Below are positions 8,894 to 18,341 of a DNA stretch of 64,000 nt, piece after piece. This stretch comes from a virus: IMG/VR virus record IMGVR_UViG_3300036828_000771, positions 1 through 64,000 of that record, one strand, 5' to 3'. The position numbers were made by a program, and so were the translations under genes. The notes beneath the pieces are model-generated. The model had not been told where the DNA came from and did not search any database. It worked only from the letters and a program-made list of their open reading frames with translations. Position 1 is the stretch's first letter. Each line of letters opens with the position of its first letter.

Positions 8894-11044
8894 ATGGCAG
8901 TGAATGCAAAAGCTGTCGTCGACATCGACGTAGACGACAAGGCCTTCAAGAGCTTCATGGTGTCGTTCGAGAAGTACCAGCGGGTGCTGGCGAAGACGCC
9001 GAGCGCGTGGGCCGCTGTGTCGAAAGAGAACAAGATCGCGTTCGAGGCCTTCAATCGCATGACGGCGGCGCTGATGGCGCAGGGCGACATCATGCGCAAG
9101 AACGTGTCCGCCCAGAAAGACTTGGCCGTCAGTGCGCACGCGGTATCCCGCGACTGGGAGAAGACGAAGGATCACGCCACCAAGTTCTACGAGAAGATCA
9201 AGGACACGACGTGGCACCTGATCAAGTGGACCGGCATCTTTGCCGGGATCGGCAGTCTGGCCGCGAGCTTCACGACGCTGTGGGGTCTCCAAGCGGCAGC
9301 GGAGGGAATCCGTGCCCGGCAGGCGTCAGCGTCAGGCGTCGGTCTGTCGAGCGGCCAGCAGAAGGCGCTCGAACTGAACTTCGGCGATACGTTCGACGTT
9401 CCCGGCCTGACGAGAGGCGTCGAGACGGCGCGGGCTGACCGGCGGTCGAAAGCCTTCCGGGCGCTCGGCAAGATGCACATTGGTCGTGGTCTGTCGGCGC
9501 ACGATCAGAACAGAGCGGTGCTGAACGCGGCTTGGGAGGCGTCGCACAAGCTGGGCCGCTCGCAGTGGGGCGGCTGGATCGAGAGGCAGGGTGCGGGCGA
9601 GTTCGGCATCACGACAGAGAGCATGGAGCGGGCGCATGGCATGAGCCGCGAAGAGTTTCAGGGCGTGATGGGGCGGGAATCCAAGGAGGCGGGCGAGGTC
9701 GGCTTCAAGGAAAAGTCGGCGAAGGCGTGGAGCGAGTTCCTGCACATGCTCGAAAAGGCGAAGGAGACCATCGGATCGGCACTGGTCGACGAGATCGCCA
9801 AGCTCATGCCGTGTCTCTCGAAATTGACCGACAGAATCACCAACCTCATCACCAACTGGTTGAGAGGTGGCGGCTTAGACAACATCATCGGTCTGCTGAA
9901 CGACGGCCTCGACTGGCTGGTCAAATTCTTCGGCGAGGGTGGCGGCTTCAAGAAGGACGTGATCCCTGCTCTGATTGAATTTGGGGTGCAACTGAAAGCC
10001 ATCACCCACTTCTTCAAGACCGATAGCTCGAAGTACACGCCCGAGCAGTGGAAGAACATGACGACGAAGCAGCGCATTCACGTCATGAGCGGCGGTATCT
10101 ACTATCCGAACGATGACCCGGACAATCCCGACGCGCCGAAGTCGACGAACATCTGGACTGATGCAGGCAAGGGCATTGCCAAGGGGCTTGCCGCTGGTAT
10201 CCCGGTTCCCAGTGGGACGCCGGACCCGAATTGGAAAGCACCGGGCACCGACGCCGTGCACGATTTTGTCAACCGGGTGAAAGGTTGGTTCACCGGCGCG
10301 AACATTCCCCCGCCGACCTATGGCGGTGACGGTGGCGGCGGTGGCGGCGGTGATGGCGGCGGCGCGACAGAGACGCATGGCGGCGGACGACGCGGGCAGG
10401 CTGGTCAGCGGCGCAGCGGCGGACGAAGCACCGCCGCGATGCGCATGGGCTTCACGCGGCGTGGTTCTTCGGCCGGTGGTGGTGACGGTGGCGGCGGCGG
10501 TGGCGGTGGCGGAGGACGCGGCGGGCACGGAGCGTGGCAAGGCGGCGGCAAAGTCCCCGGGCTGAGCGATCCCGGCACCTCAGCGGGCGACATCAAGACC
10601 CTGATGGGCTTCGGCTGGAGCTATGAGAACGCGGTCGGCATCGTCACCAACATCCTTGCGGAGTCGAGTGGCAGGACTGACGCAGTCGGCGACGGCGGCC
10701 TCGCCTACGGTCTGGCGCAGTGGCACCCGGACCGGCAGGCCGAGTTCAAGAAACTGTTCGGCCACGACATCCGCCAGTCGACGCGCTTGGAGCAACTGAA
10801 GTTCATCGACTGGGAACTGAAGCACACCGAGGCGGGCGCGGGCCAGAGGCTGATGGCGGAGCACACAGCCGGTGGGTCGGCGGGTGCCTTCTCGCAGTAT
10901 TACGAGCGGCCAGCGGCTGTCCAAGAAGCAAGATACAACCGCAGCCATCAGGGCGAGCAGTTGGCCTACAAGATTCCGCGCGTGCAGGTGGACGTGAGAG
11001 AGAACACCGGCGGCAACGTCCACGCCAGCGCGAGCACCCTGTAA
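8894..11044 (+). CDS. Tape measure protein with C-terminal phage tail lysozyme domain
   Basis: Helical N-terminus, Gly-rich linker, then AVGIVTNILAES..GDGGLAYGLAQWH..R..QLKFIDWEL..YYERP. Confidence 0.85.
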   Translation: MAVNAKAVVDIDVDDKAFKSFMVSFEKYQRVLAKTPSAWAAVSKENKIAFEAFNRMTAALMAQGDIMRKNVSAQKDLAVSAHAVSRDWEKTKDHATKFYEKIKDTTWHLIKWTGIFAGIGSLAASFTTLWGLQAAAEGIRARQASASGVGLSSGQQKALELNFGDTFDVPGLTRGVETARADRRSKAFRALGKMHIGRGLSAHDQNRAVLNAAWEASHKLGRSQWGGWIERQGAGEFGITTESMERAHGMSREEFQGVMGRESKEAGEVGFKEKSAKAWSEFLHMLEKAKETIGSALVDEIAKLMPCLSKLTDRITNLITNWLRGGGLDNIIGLLNDGLDWLVKFFGEGGGFKKDVIPALIEFGVQLKAITHFFKTDSSKYTPEQWKNMTTKQRIHVMSGGIYYPNDDPDNPDAPKSTNIWTDAGKGIAKGLAAGIPVPSGTPDPNWKAPGTDAVHDFVNRVKGWFTGANIPPPTYGGDGGGGGGGDGGGATETHGGGRRGQAGQRRSGGRSTAAMRMGFTRRGSSAGGGDGGGGGGGGGGRGGHGAWQGGGKVPGLSDPGTSAGDIKTLMGFGWSYENAVGIVTNILAESSGRTDAVGDGGLAYGLAQWHPDRQAEFKKLFGHDIRQSTRLEQLKFIDWELKHTEAGAGQRLMAEHTAGGSAGAFSQYYERPAAVQEARYNRSHQGEQLAYKIPRVQVDVRENTGGNVHASASTL

Positions 11045-11053
11045 GGAGCAGCC

Positions 11054-11896
11054 ATGGGTGTAGGGCTTGCCGCGTTTAAGATGGCGTTCGAGCTATCGCC
11101 GATCATCTTGGTCGGCGGGGTGGCCGATCTTGTGCCGTTCAAGATGCTGCCGATCATGGCGATCACCGAGGCGATCAACCTGCCGCTCGGCCTACTTGGC
11201 CCGAGTGGCGATGTGAACCTCGACAACTTCTTCGCCCACTACCAGCCGCTGCCCGGTGCGTCTCTAATTGAGCAGGATATTGCGACATACCCGTTCGCCA
11301 ACCAGCAGACCGCCGCCAACGCGATCATCACCAAGCCGATGCAGGTGTCGTTCCAGATGACGGTGCCTGCCAAGGGGCCGGGCGGCTATTACGCCAAGCT
11401 GCCGATCATGATGATGCTTCAGCGCGTGCTGGAGACGCACAACAAAAGCGGCGGCACCTACACGCTGCTGACGCCGAGCTTCATCTACGTGAACTGCCTC
11501 CTCGTATCGATGCGCGACACCTCGACCTCGGCGACCCGGCAGGTGCAGAACACATGGCAACTGGAGTTCGTCAAACCGCTCATCACCATCAATGATGCCC
11601 AGAACGCCGAGGGGGCGTTGAACAACCTGATGCAACAGATGGACAGCGGCAGTCAGGTCGCCGGCCAGCCTTCGCTGTCCGGTCTGTCGACCGGCGGCGC
11701 GGTGCCGGCGGACACTGGTGCGGCAGCGCCTGTCGCCGGTGCGACCAACCCCGTGGCCGTTCCGGGCTACAGCGATTCAGGCTTCGGTGCGAACACGCCG
11801 GTGGCAGCCAGCGATTCGGGCTTCACCGCGAACACACCGGCGGCCCCGGCGTTCAGCGAGTCGGGCTTCGGCGCACCGCAAGTCTCGCGGCGCTGA
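11054..11896 (+). CDS. Baseplate/tube-initiator protein
   Basis: Follows TMP; YPFANQQTAANA and YTLLTPSFIY motifs; low-complexity tail with three S(D/E)SGF repeats. Confidence 0.6.
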   Translation: MGVGLAAFKMAFELSPIILVGGVADLVPFKMLPIMAITEAINLPLGLLGPSGDVNLDNFFAHYQPLPGASLIEQDIATYPFANQQTAANAIITKPMQVSFQMTVPAKGPGGYYAKLPIMMMLQRVLETHNKSGGTYTLLTPSFIYVNCLLVSMRDTSTSATRQVQNTWQLEFVKPLITINDAQNAEGALNNLMQQMDSGSQVAGQPSLSGLSTGGAVPADTGAAAPVAGATNPVAVPGYSDSGFGANTPVAASDSGFTANTPAAPAFSESGFGAPQVSRR

Positions 11897-11898
11897 CC

Positions 11899-12396
11899 AT
11901 GCAATCGTTCGCCTTCACGCCGTCCAGTGTCGGCAATCGAGTGCCCTACAGGTTCCAGCCTGTGCTCGACGGCAATGGCTACGCGGCGATGGTCTACTGG
12001 AACCTCGCCGGGCAGCGCTGGTACATCGCGCTGACCAACCCGAACGGCCTGCTGGTGTTCGACATGGCGCTGTCCGGGTCGCCTATCGGCCAGACCGTCG
12101 ACACACTGGAATGGGAGAACGGCTTCGCGCTGGGCTCGACCGTGGTGCCGACCGGCTTGCGGATCGGCGACACGCTCGACCTCGTGATCGCCGACACCCT
12201 GCCCGATGGCTACAACGGCTTGCAGCGCTGCCTGATCACCGGCCCGAACACGTTCAGCTATCCGCTGGCGACCGACCCCGGGCTGATCACCAACTACGGC
12301 ACCTTGAGCTTCGATATCGACATGCTGGCGGGCTACCAGTTCACTTCGACGCTGGTCTACCGGGAGACCAGCCGGGTGTTCGAGGTCCAGCCGTGA
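11899..12396 (+). CDS. Baseplate protein with inserted beta domain
   Basis: FQPVLDG..WNLAGQRWY motif; position. Confidence 0.6.
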   Translation: MQSFAFTPSSVGNRVPYRFQPVLDGNGYAAMVYWNLAGQRWYIALTNPNGLLVFDMALSGSPIGQTVDTLEWENGFALGSTVVPTGLRIGDTLDLVIADTLPDGYNGLQRCLITGPNTFSYPLATDPGLITNYGTLSFDIDMLAGYQFTSTLVYRETSRVFEVQP

Positions 12397-13622
12397 GGTT
12401 CTACCAGATCAAAATCCTCAAGAATGACGCGCTGTGGATTCCGCCGTCGATGAAGGCACTGGGCGCGACCGATGCGAGCTACACCAGCTTCGTCAACGGC
12501 CAGCACCTGACCTCGGCGCTCGATATCAGCTTCGACATCCCGATTGCGTATGCCGACGCGCCGGAAGGCGGCGAGATAGTCAAGGTGTATGGCTGCGGCC
12601 TGCAAGACCTTGCGCAAAGCACCAACCTCGTCGGCTGCAAGATCGAGATCAGGGCGGGGATGAAGAAGGGCCTGCCGCTGGCGATCCCCAAGACGCCGGA
12701 CATCATCGTCAAAGCCCACATCGAGAGCGCGTGGGGCGAGTGGAACGGCCCGGTGATCGCGCTCAACATGCTGCTGCGCGCGGGCGACGAGGACGATCCC
12801 GCAGTCGCCCAGCCGAACGTCACCTTCCACTGGCTGGACGGCCAGCCGATGGCCAACGCCATCGCCGCTACGCTGCGCAACTCCTTCACCAACCCGAATC
12901 TTCAGATCGCGATCAGCGACAAGCTCAAGGTGAAGGGCAATCAGGACGGCTTCTACGGCACGCTGGGCCAGTTCGCCTCAGCGGTTAAGCAGTACACCAT
13001 GGCCAAGCAGTTCGCCGGGCTGAAGCGACTGGACGGCACGCCATGGCAGGGCGTCCAGATCAGGTTGGACGGCGACACGATTGTCGTCAGCGACGGAACG
13101 GTTGCCGCTGACACGCTGTCGATCAAGCAGTTGGACTTCATCGACCTGATCGGCCAGCCGTCGTGGCAAGAGCAGGATTTGATCCAAGTCACGACGGTGC
13201 TGCGCGGCGACATTCAACTCGACGACGTGGTGAAGCTGCCGAGTTCGCTGAAATCACCCTATGTGGTCCAGTCGGGTACAACTGCACCGTATGAGAATGG
13301 CGACCCATCGGGGTCAGCCAATCCGCTGATCTTCCAAGGCAGCTTCTCTGTCGAGAGTATCCATCACCACGCGCGCTTCCGTCAGGCCGATGCTCCGTCG
13401 TGGACGACGCTCTACACCATGTCCACCCCGTCGACTGACCCTGCGACCGATACCACCAAGCCGGCCGCCGGCTCGCAGCCCAGCGCCACTAACCCGACTC
13501 CACCTCCTGCGGCGGGCGATGTCAGCCTGCCGTTCGGTGGAACGCTCATCAACAAGATGAAGCAGCAGCCCAAGGCGGACCCGCCGCAGAATCCCACCCC
13601 AGCCAACAAAGACTTCGCATGA
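12393..13622 (+). CDS. Baseplate hub protein
   Basis: GTG start in GTGA overlap; AGMKKGLPLA and DLIGQPSW motifs; precedes spike gene. Confidence 0.65.
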   Translation: MRFYQIKILKNDALWIPPSMKALGATDASYTSFVNGQHLTSALDISFDIPIAYADAPEGGEIVKVYGCGLQDLAQSTNLVGCKIEIRAGMKKGLPLAIPKTPDIIVKAHIESAWGEWNGPVIALNMLLRAGDEDDPAVAQPNVTFHWLDGQPMANAIAATLRNSFTNPNLQIAISDKLKVKGNQDGFYGTLGQFASAVKQYTMAKQFAGLKRLDGTPWQGVQIRLDGDTIVVSDGTVAADTLSIKQLDFIDLIGQPSWQEQDLIQVTTVLRGDIQLDDVVKLPSSLKSPYVVQSGTTAPYENGDPSGSANPLIFQGSFSVESIHHHARFRQADAPSWTTLYTMSTPSTDPATDTTKPAAGSQPSATNPTPPPAAGDVSLPFGGTLINKMKQQPKADPPQNPTPANKDFA

Positions 13623-14848
13623 CCACTGCCCAGCGACAGCCCTTCGCGAGGAACATGAACCGCTTTGCGCGGGACAAGTTCTCTGCCCAGCAGCAGGTGA
13701 TGAAGAAGTCGCTGCCGGCGACCATCGTCGAGATGGACCCGACCAACACCATCGCCACGGTGCAGTTCGAGATCGACAGCCAGTTCACGCTGCCGCAGGT
13801 CAAGATGCCGGTCTATGGGCCGCAGTACGTGCGCTGGCCGCTGAAGAAGGGCGACAAGGGCGTGGTGCTGTCGGGCGATACGGCGCTCGGCGCGATGTCG
13901 GGACTGGGCGAGGGTGTGGCGACGCTGGCGACGCAGTTCAACCTGTCGACCGGCGTCTTCTTCCCGATGGGCAACACCGGGTTCGACGACACCGACGATG
14001 CCAAGGCGACACTGGTCTATGCGCCGAACGGCGTGATCCTGCGCGACGACCAGAAGAAGTCGGTGCTGACGCTGACGCCGACGCAGATCGAGTACAAGCT
14101 GAACGACTACGTCAACGTCCACATCGACAAGGACAAGCTGCTGCTGTCGTTCAAGAATGCGGGCGGCGACTGCACGATGACCATGGACGCCAACGGAATC
14201 CGGCTCGACGCCTTCGGCAACGAGATCAAGATCGACCAGAACGGCGTCACCAACAGCCACGGCAACAACACGCACTTCATGACGCTCACGGACGGCGGCT
14301 TCGTGTTCAGCACACCGGCCAACATTCAGGAGGCCTGTGTCAATTACACGATGAACGCCAGCGCCAATTACACGATGAACGCCAGCGGCGCGGCGGCGCT
14401 CACCGCCCCGACCATGAACGTGACGGGCACCTCGACGGCCAACTACAACGGCCCCTCGGGCTACGCGCTCCAGTTCAACGGCAGCAGCGGCACGCTCTAC
14501 GGCAACGGCACGAACATGCAGGTGGCACCGAGCCAAGCCAGCATCGGTACGCCATGGGCCAACCTCACGATGAACAGCAGCAACGGCCTCTTGCAGTACG
14601 GTGGTGGTCCGTATGTCCAAGTGACCGGCGGGAACGCCACCATGAATGTCAGCGGCGCGACCGTGCAATGTGGGGGGAACGCCATCGCCCTCAGCAGCGC
14701 GGGCACCATCGGCATCAACTCGCCGAACGGTCAGGGAATCAACATGGACCCGGGCCGGGTCGGTATCCAAGGCATGGACTTCAAGCAGCACCAGCACGGC
14801 GGCATCCAGACGGGCGGCAGCTACACGCAAGGCCCCTCCGGGCCATGA
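13619..14848 (+). CDS. Baseplate central spike (gpV/gp138-like)
   Basis: OB-fold-like N-terminus, beta-helix repeats, terminal HQH metal-binding motif. Confidence 0.8.
   Translation: MTTAQRQPFARNMNRFARDKFSAQQQVMKKSLPATIVEMDPTNTIATVQFEIDSQFTLPQVKMPVYGPQYVRWPLKKGDKGVVLSGDTALGAMSGLGEGVATLATQFNLSTGVFFPMGNTGFDDTDDAKATLVYAPNGVILRDDQKKSVLTLTPTQIEYKLNDYVNVHIDKDKLLLSFKNAGGDCTMTMDANGIRLDAFGNEIKIDQNGVTNSHGNNTHFMTLTDGGFVFSTPANIQEACVNYTMNASANYTMNASGAAALTAPTMNVTGTSTANYNGPSGYALQFNGSSGTLYGNGTNMQVAPSQASIGTPWANLTMNSSNGLLQYGGGPYVQVTGGNATMNVSGATVQCGGNAIALSSAGTIGINSPNGQGINMDPGRVGIQGMDFKQHQHGGIQTGGSYTQGPSGP
14341..14388 (+). repeat. 24-bp tandem duplication within spike gene
   Basis: CAATTACACGATGAACGCCAGCG(C/G) x2, encoding NYTMNAS twice. 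Confidence 0.9.
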
Positions 14849-14852
14849 CCTG

Positions 14853-15206
14853 ATGCGCACCTACGGTCGGCCCGACAATCCTGATGGCACCAAAGGTCCG
14901 TGGACGATGGTCATGACCGACGCCAACGGACTGAACGACATGGTGATGCTGACGACGTTGGCGCAGGTGCTGAAGCTCAACCTCGGCGAGTCGCCGTTCT
15001 TCGCCAACTACGGCATCCCGGCGGTCATGTCGGTGATGACGCAGATACACCCGGACTACAACGTCGCCTTCACCCAGCAGGCGTTCTCGCGCCAGTTCGC
15101 CTCGCTGCTGGTCGCCAAGCGCGACGACCCGACGCCGACCTACGACATCTATGTGACGACGAAGCTGGGCGTTAAGCTCACCGTCTCGATCCCCGTCCCG
15201 ACCTAG
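14853..15206 (+). CDS. Baseplate wedge protein (gp25/W-like)
   Basis: MRTYGR..LKLNLGESPFFANYGIP; between spike and J-like genes. Confidence 0.65.
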   Translation: MRTYGRPDNPDGTKGPWTMVMTDANGLNDMVMLTTLAQVLKLNLGESPFFANYGIPAVMSVMTQIHPDYNVAFTQQAFSRQFASLLVAKRDDPTPTYDIYVTTKLGVKLTVSIPVPT

Positions 15207-15216
15207 AGGCCAGCGC

Positions 15217-17244
15217 ATGGCGAACGACCTCTCCGAAGACATCGGCAATCTGCCTCTGGTCCTCGGACCGGCCGGACTGATGCCGCAATCGCCGGCCGAT
15301 CTGCGCGCCCAACTGATCGCGCTCGTCAGCAAGACCAACCCCGACTACACCGCGAACCTGCCGGGCTCGCTGGTCGAGGACATCGCCTCGACCGATGTCG
15401 CCGCGCTGATCCTGATCGACCGCATGCGAGTCGAGATGCTGAACTCGCTGACGCCGAGGGGGTGCAACGCCTTCGTGCTGAACCAGCTTGGCCAGATTTA
15501 CGGCGTGCAGGTCGGCCAGTCGACGAACACCTCGGTCTATGTCCGCTTCACTGGCCTGCCGGGCTTCGTCGTCGGCAAGGGCTTCACCGTCACCGATGGC
15601 AACTTCCAGTACGCCCTGAGCGATGGCGGCGTGTGCGGCTCTGACGGCAACACCCCGCCGCTGTTCGCGCTCGCCACCCAGCCCGGCATCTGGGCGGTGC
15701 CCGCCGGCACTGTCACAGGAATCATCTCCTCGGTGCCGAGCGGCTTCACGCTCAGCGTCGTCAACGATGAGCCGGGCTTCCCCGGCACCGATGTCGAGAC
15801 GATCACGAGCTATCGCTCGCGCGTGCTGATGGCTGGACTCGCGGCCAGCCAAGGCATGGGCCGCTACCTGCGCACGCTGCTGGGCAACGTCCCCGGCGTC
15901 CAGCCGCGACTGATTGGCATCCAGCAGCAGCCGAACGGGCAGTGGTCGATCATCGTGGGCGGCGGCGATCCCTATCAGGTCGCCTACGCGATCTACACCG
16001 CGCTGTTCGACATCAACAATCTGGTGGGCTCGACGCTGGGTGTCGTGACGATCAGCCAAGCCAATCCGGGGCTGGTCACACTCAACCTCAACCACCTCTA
16101 CATGCCCGGCCAGCCAGTCACCATCGCCGGGGTGACGCCGCCGACCTACAACGGCAGCTTCGCCGTCATCGACACGCCGACGCAGCAGAGCTTCCACATC
16201 GGCACGCCCTACTCGAACAATGCGATCCAGAGCTTGGTGTGGGCAGCCACTGCGGCACCGGGTGCCAACGGCGCGCTCTCCCAGACGGCGGGCGGCGCGC
16301 TGGCCGCACGAACGCTGTATGTGCGCAGCACATGGGTCACGCCTTTGGGCGAGACGACTGCCGCACCCGAGACTTCGCTCGCTGTGCTGGCGAACAATCT
16401 CCTGAACGTCGCGGCACCAGCGTCGCCACCTTCCGGCGTCACGGGCTGGAACGTCTATGTCTCTAACGCCACCGGCACAGAGACCAAGCAGAACACCACT
16501 CCCATCGCGCTAGGCGCAACTTGGGTTCAGCCCGTTAGCGGCATCATCACCACGGGTTCGGCTTTGCCGTCGAGCAGCACAGCAGGCGGCGTGGCGACGG
16601 CGGTGACGCTCGCACCGCACGGTGTGACGGTCGGCTCGACGTTTGCGATCTCGGGGGCCACGCCGGCCGGCTGGAACAGCACCGCTCTGGTGGCGACCGC
16701 TGGCACAGCCGGGACGACGCTGAACTGGGCGCTGGCGGCCAGCCCGGGAGCGGCGACGGTGAACGGCCAGCTTGTCGCTGGCGTGGCTCTGTTCAACACC
16801 AGCGGCCTCGCGGCCTACGTCAGCGGCGGCGTGGTCACGCCGAACCTGCGCAACAACATCGTGACGCTGTCCGACTACCCGGACACCTACCAGATTCCGT
16901 TCATCATCCCGCCGCAGCAGACCATCGCCTCGACCGTGCAGTGGCACACGACGAGCCCGAACTTCGTGTCGGCGGCGGCGGTGGCGCAGTTGGCGATCCC
17001 GGCGCTGGTCGACTACATCAACAGCATCCCGGTCGGCCAGCCGATCAATCTCTACGCGATGCAGGACGTGTTCACCGATGCGGTCGAGCCCGTCCTGCCG
17101 GCGTCGCTGATCTCGACCATCATCATCTCGATCTCGATCAACGGCGTCGGCACGCCCGTGACGCCGGGCACGGGCCTGTTCAATGGCGACCCGCAGTCGT
17201 ACTTCTTCGCCACGTCGTCGAACTTCAACATCGTTCAGATATAA
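15217..17244 (+). CDS. Baseplate J-like wedge protein with inserted domains
   Basis: NLPGSLVEDIAST, LNQLG and ETITSYRSRV motifs; 675 aa, enlarged by insertions. Confidence 0.8.
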   Translation: MANDLSEDIGNLPLVLGPAGLMPQSPADLRAQLIALVSKTNPDYTANLPGSLVEDIASTDVAALILIDRMRVEMLNSLTPRGCNAFVLNQLGQIYGVQVGQSTNTSVYVRFTGLPGFVVGKGFTVTDGNFQYALSDGGVCGSDGNTPPLFALATQPGIWAVPAGTVTGIISSVPSGFTLSVVNDEPGFPGTDVETITSYRSRVLMAGLAASQGMGRYLRTLLGNVPGVQPRLIGIQQQPNGQWSIIVGGGDPYQVAYAIYTALFDINNLVGSTLGVVTISQANPGLVTLNLNHLYMPGQPVTIAGVTPPTYNGSFAVIDTPTQQSFHIGTPYSNNAIQSLVWAATAAPGANGALSQTAGGALAARTLYVRSTWVTPLGETTAAPETSLAVLANNLLNVAAPASPPSGVTGWNVYVSNATGTETKQNTTPIALGATWVQPVSGIITTGSALPSSSTAGGVATAVTLAPHGVTVGSTFAISGATPAGWNSTALVATAGTAGTTLNWALAASPGAATVNGQLVAGVALFNTSGLAAYVSGGVVTPNLRNNIVTLSDYPDTYQIPFIIPPQQTIASTVQWHTTSPNFVSAAAVAQLAIPALVDYINSIPVGQPINLYAMQDVFTDAVEPVLPASLISTIIISISINGVGTPVTPGTGLFNGDPQSYFFATSSNFNIVQI

Positions 17245-17247
17245 GCC

Positions 17248-18327
17248 ATGGCCGAGATTCAAATCTGGCCGCTGGCGATCTCCGAGGTCCCGGTCGCGTC
17301 CAAGCCGGTCACGGTGCTGTACGGCCCCTGCCTCGGCGGCTTCATCCAGAACCCCGCGTCGGCGCGCGATCAGGGACTGGCCATTGTCGAGGCCCTCTTC
17401 GTCAACATGAGCGGCCCGGCGACGCCGTTCGTGACTGGCACGACGTTCGCCGTCCAGCCCGGGCAAATCTGGCAGGTGCCGTTCAACTTCGCGGGTGATC
17501 TCAGCGTGACGGCGGCGTCGTCGCATCACCGCTTCGCTGGCATCGTGATGCAGCCGCAGACGGTGTTCTCCCGTTCCGAGGCCTTCGAGGAGGGGCTGGT
17601 CTTCCCGCCGGCCGGGCCGGTGACGTTGCAGCGGACGATCCCGTCGTACCTCTACCAGCAGTACAACGACGACGACGACTTGCAGGCCTTCGTCAACGCC
17701 TACAACACGATGACCCAGCAGTACGCGCTGTGGATGTCGAACATCAACCTCGCCGTCTACACCGGCGACAACATCTCGGGCGCACTGCTCGACTGGGTGG
17801 CGGAGGGGCTCTACGGCATCAAGCGAGGTGCCCTCAGTACCGGACATGGCCGAACGGTTGGCCCGTTCAACACCTACGCCTTCAACACGACAGTGCTGAA
17901 CGTGCTCAAGAACATCCCGCCGACCGACTACTCGCTGACGAACGACGACATCTTCAAGCGCATCATGACGTGGCACATCGACAAGGGCGACGGCAAGGTC
18001 TTCGACATCCGCTGGCTGAAACGGCGCGTCCAGCAATTCCTCACCGGCACCAACGGCAGCGAGGGCCAGACCGATACGACCTATCCGGTGTCGGTCACGT
18101 TCGGAGCCGGCAATCAGGTCAACATCAACCTCCAGCCGAACCGCAGGCGCTTCGTCAGAGGGGCGCTCCTCGGCACCTTCCTGATGAACAGCGTGCCGCT
18201 CAACGACTTCGAGTCGTCTCTGACGCAGGTCCCGGTGAGCCCCTACGCGCCGATCCTGAAAGCAGCCATCGCTGCGGGCGTGTTGGAGCTACCGTTTCAA
18301 TTTACGTTTGTGGTCAATATTAGTTAG
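17248..18327 (+). CDS. Baseplate wedge (gpI/DUF2612-like) with extra N-terminal domain
   Basis: IPSYLYQQY, GALLDWVAEGLYG and DDIFKRIMTW motifs. Confidence 0.65.
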   Translation: MAEIQIWPLAISEVPVASKPVTVLYGPCLGGFIQNPASARDQGLAIVEALFVNMSGPATPFVTGTTFAVQPGQIWQVPFNFAGDLSVTAASSHHRFAGIVMQPQTVFSRSEAFEEGLVFPPAGPVTLQRTIPSYLYQQYNDDDDLQAFVNAYNTMTQQYALWMSNINLAVYTGDNISGALLDWVAEGLYGIKRGALSTGHGRTVGPFNTYAFNTTVLNVLKNIPPTDYSLTNDDIFKRIMTWHIDKGDGKVFDIRWLKRRVQQFLTGTNGSEGQTDTTYPVSVTFGAGNQVNINLQPNRRRFVRGALLGTFLMNSVPLNDFESSLTQVPVSPYAPILKAAIAAGVLELPFQFTFVVNIS

Positions 18328-18341
18328 CGAGGCTCTGACCC

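Noticed and set aside
11718-12392. N-terminal 225 aa of the 634-aa hub ORF
   Set aside because: Overlaps two real genes in another frame; the GTG at 12393 is the coupled start
13412-18036. Long antisense ORFs (e.g. 13412..14860, 16510..18036; also 39011..40207 and 62091..63335)
   Set aside because: They shadow real genes; expected from high-GC codon bias; no motifs or RBS
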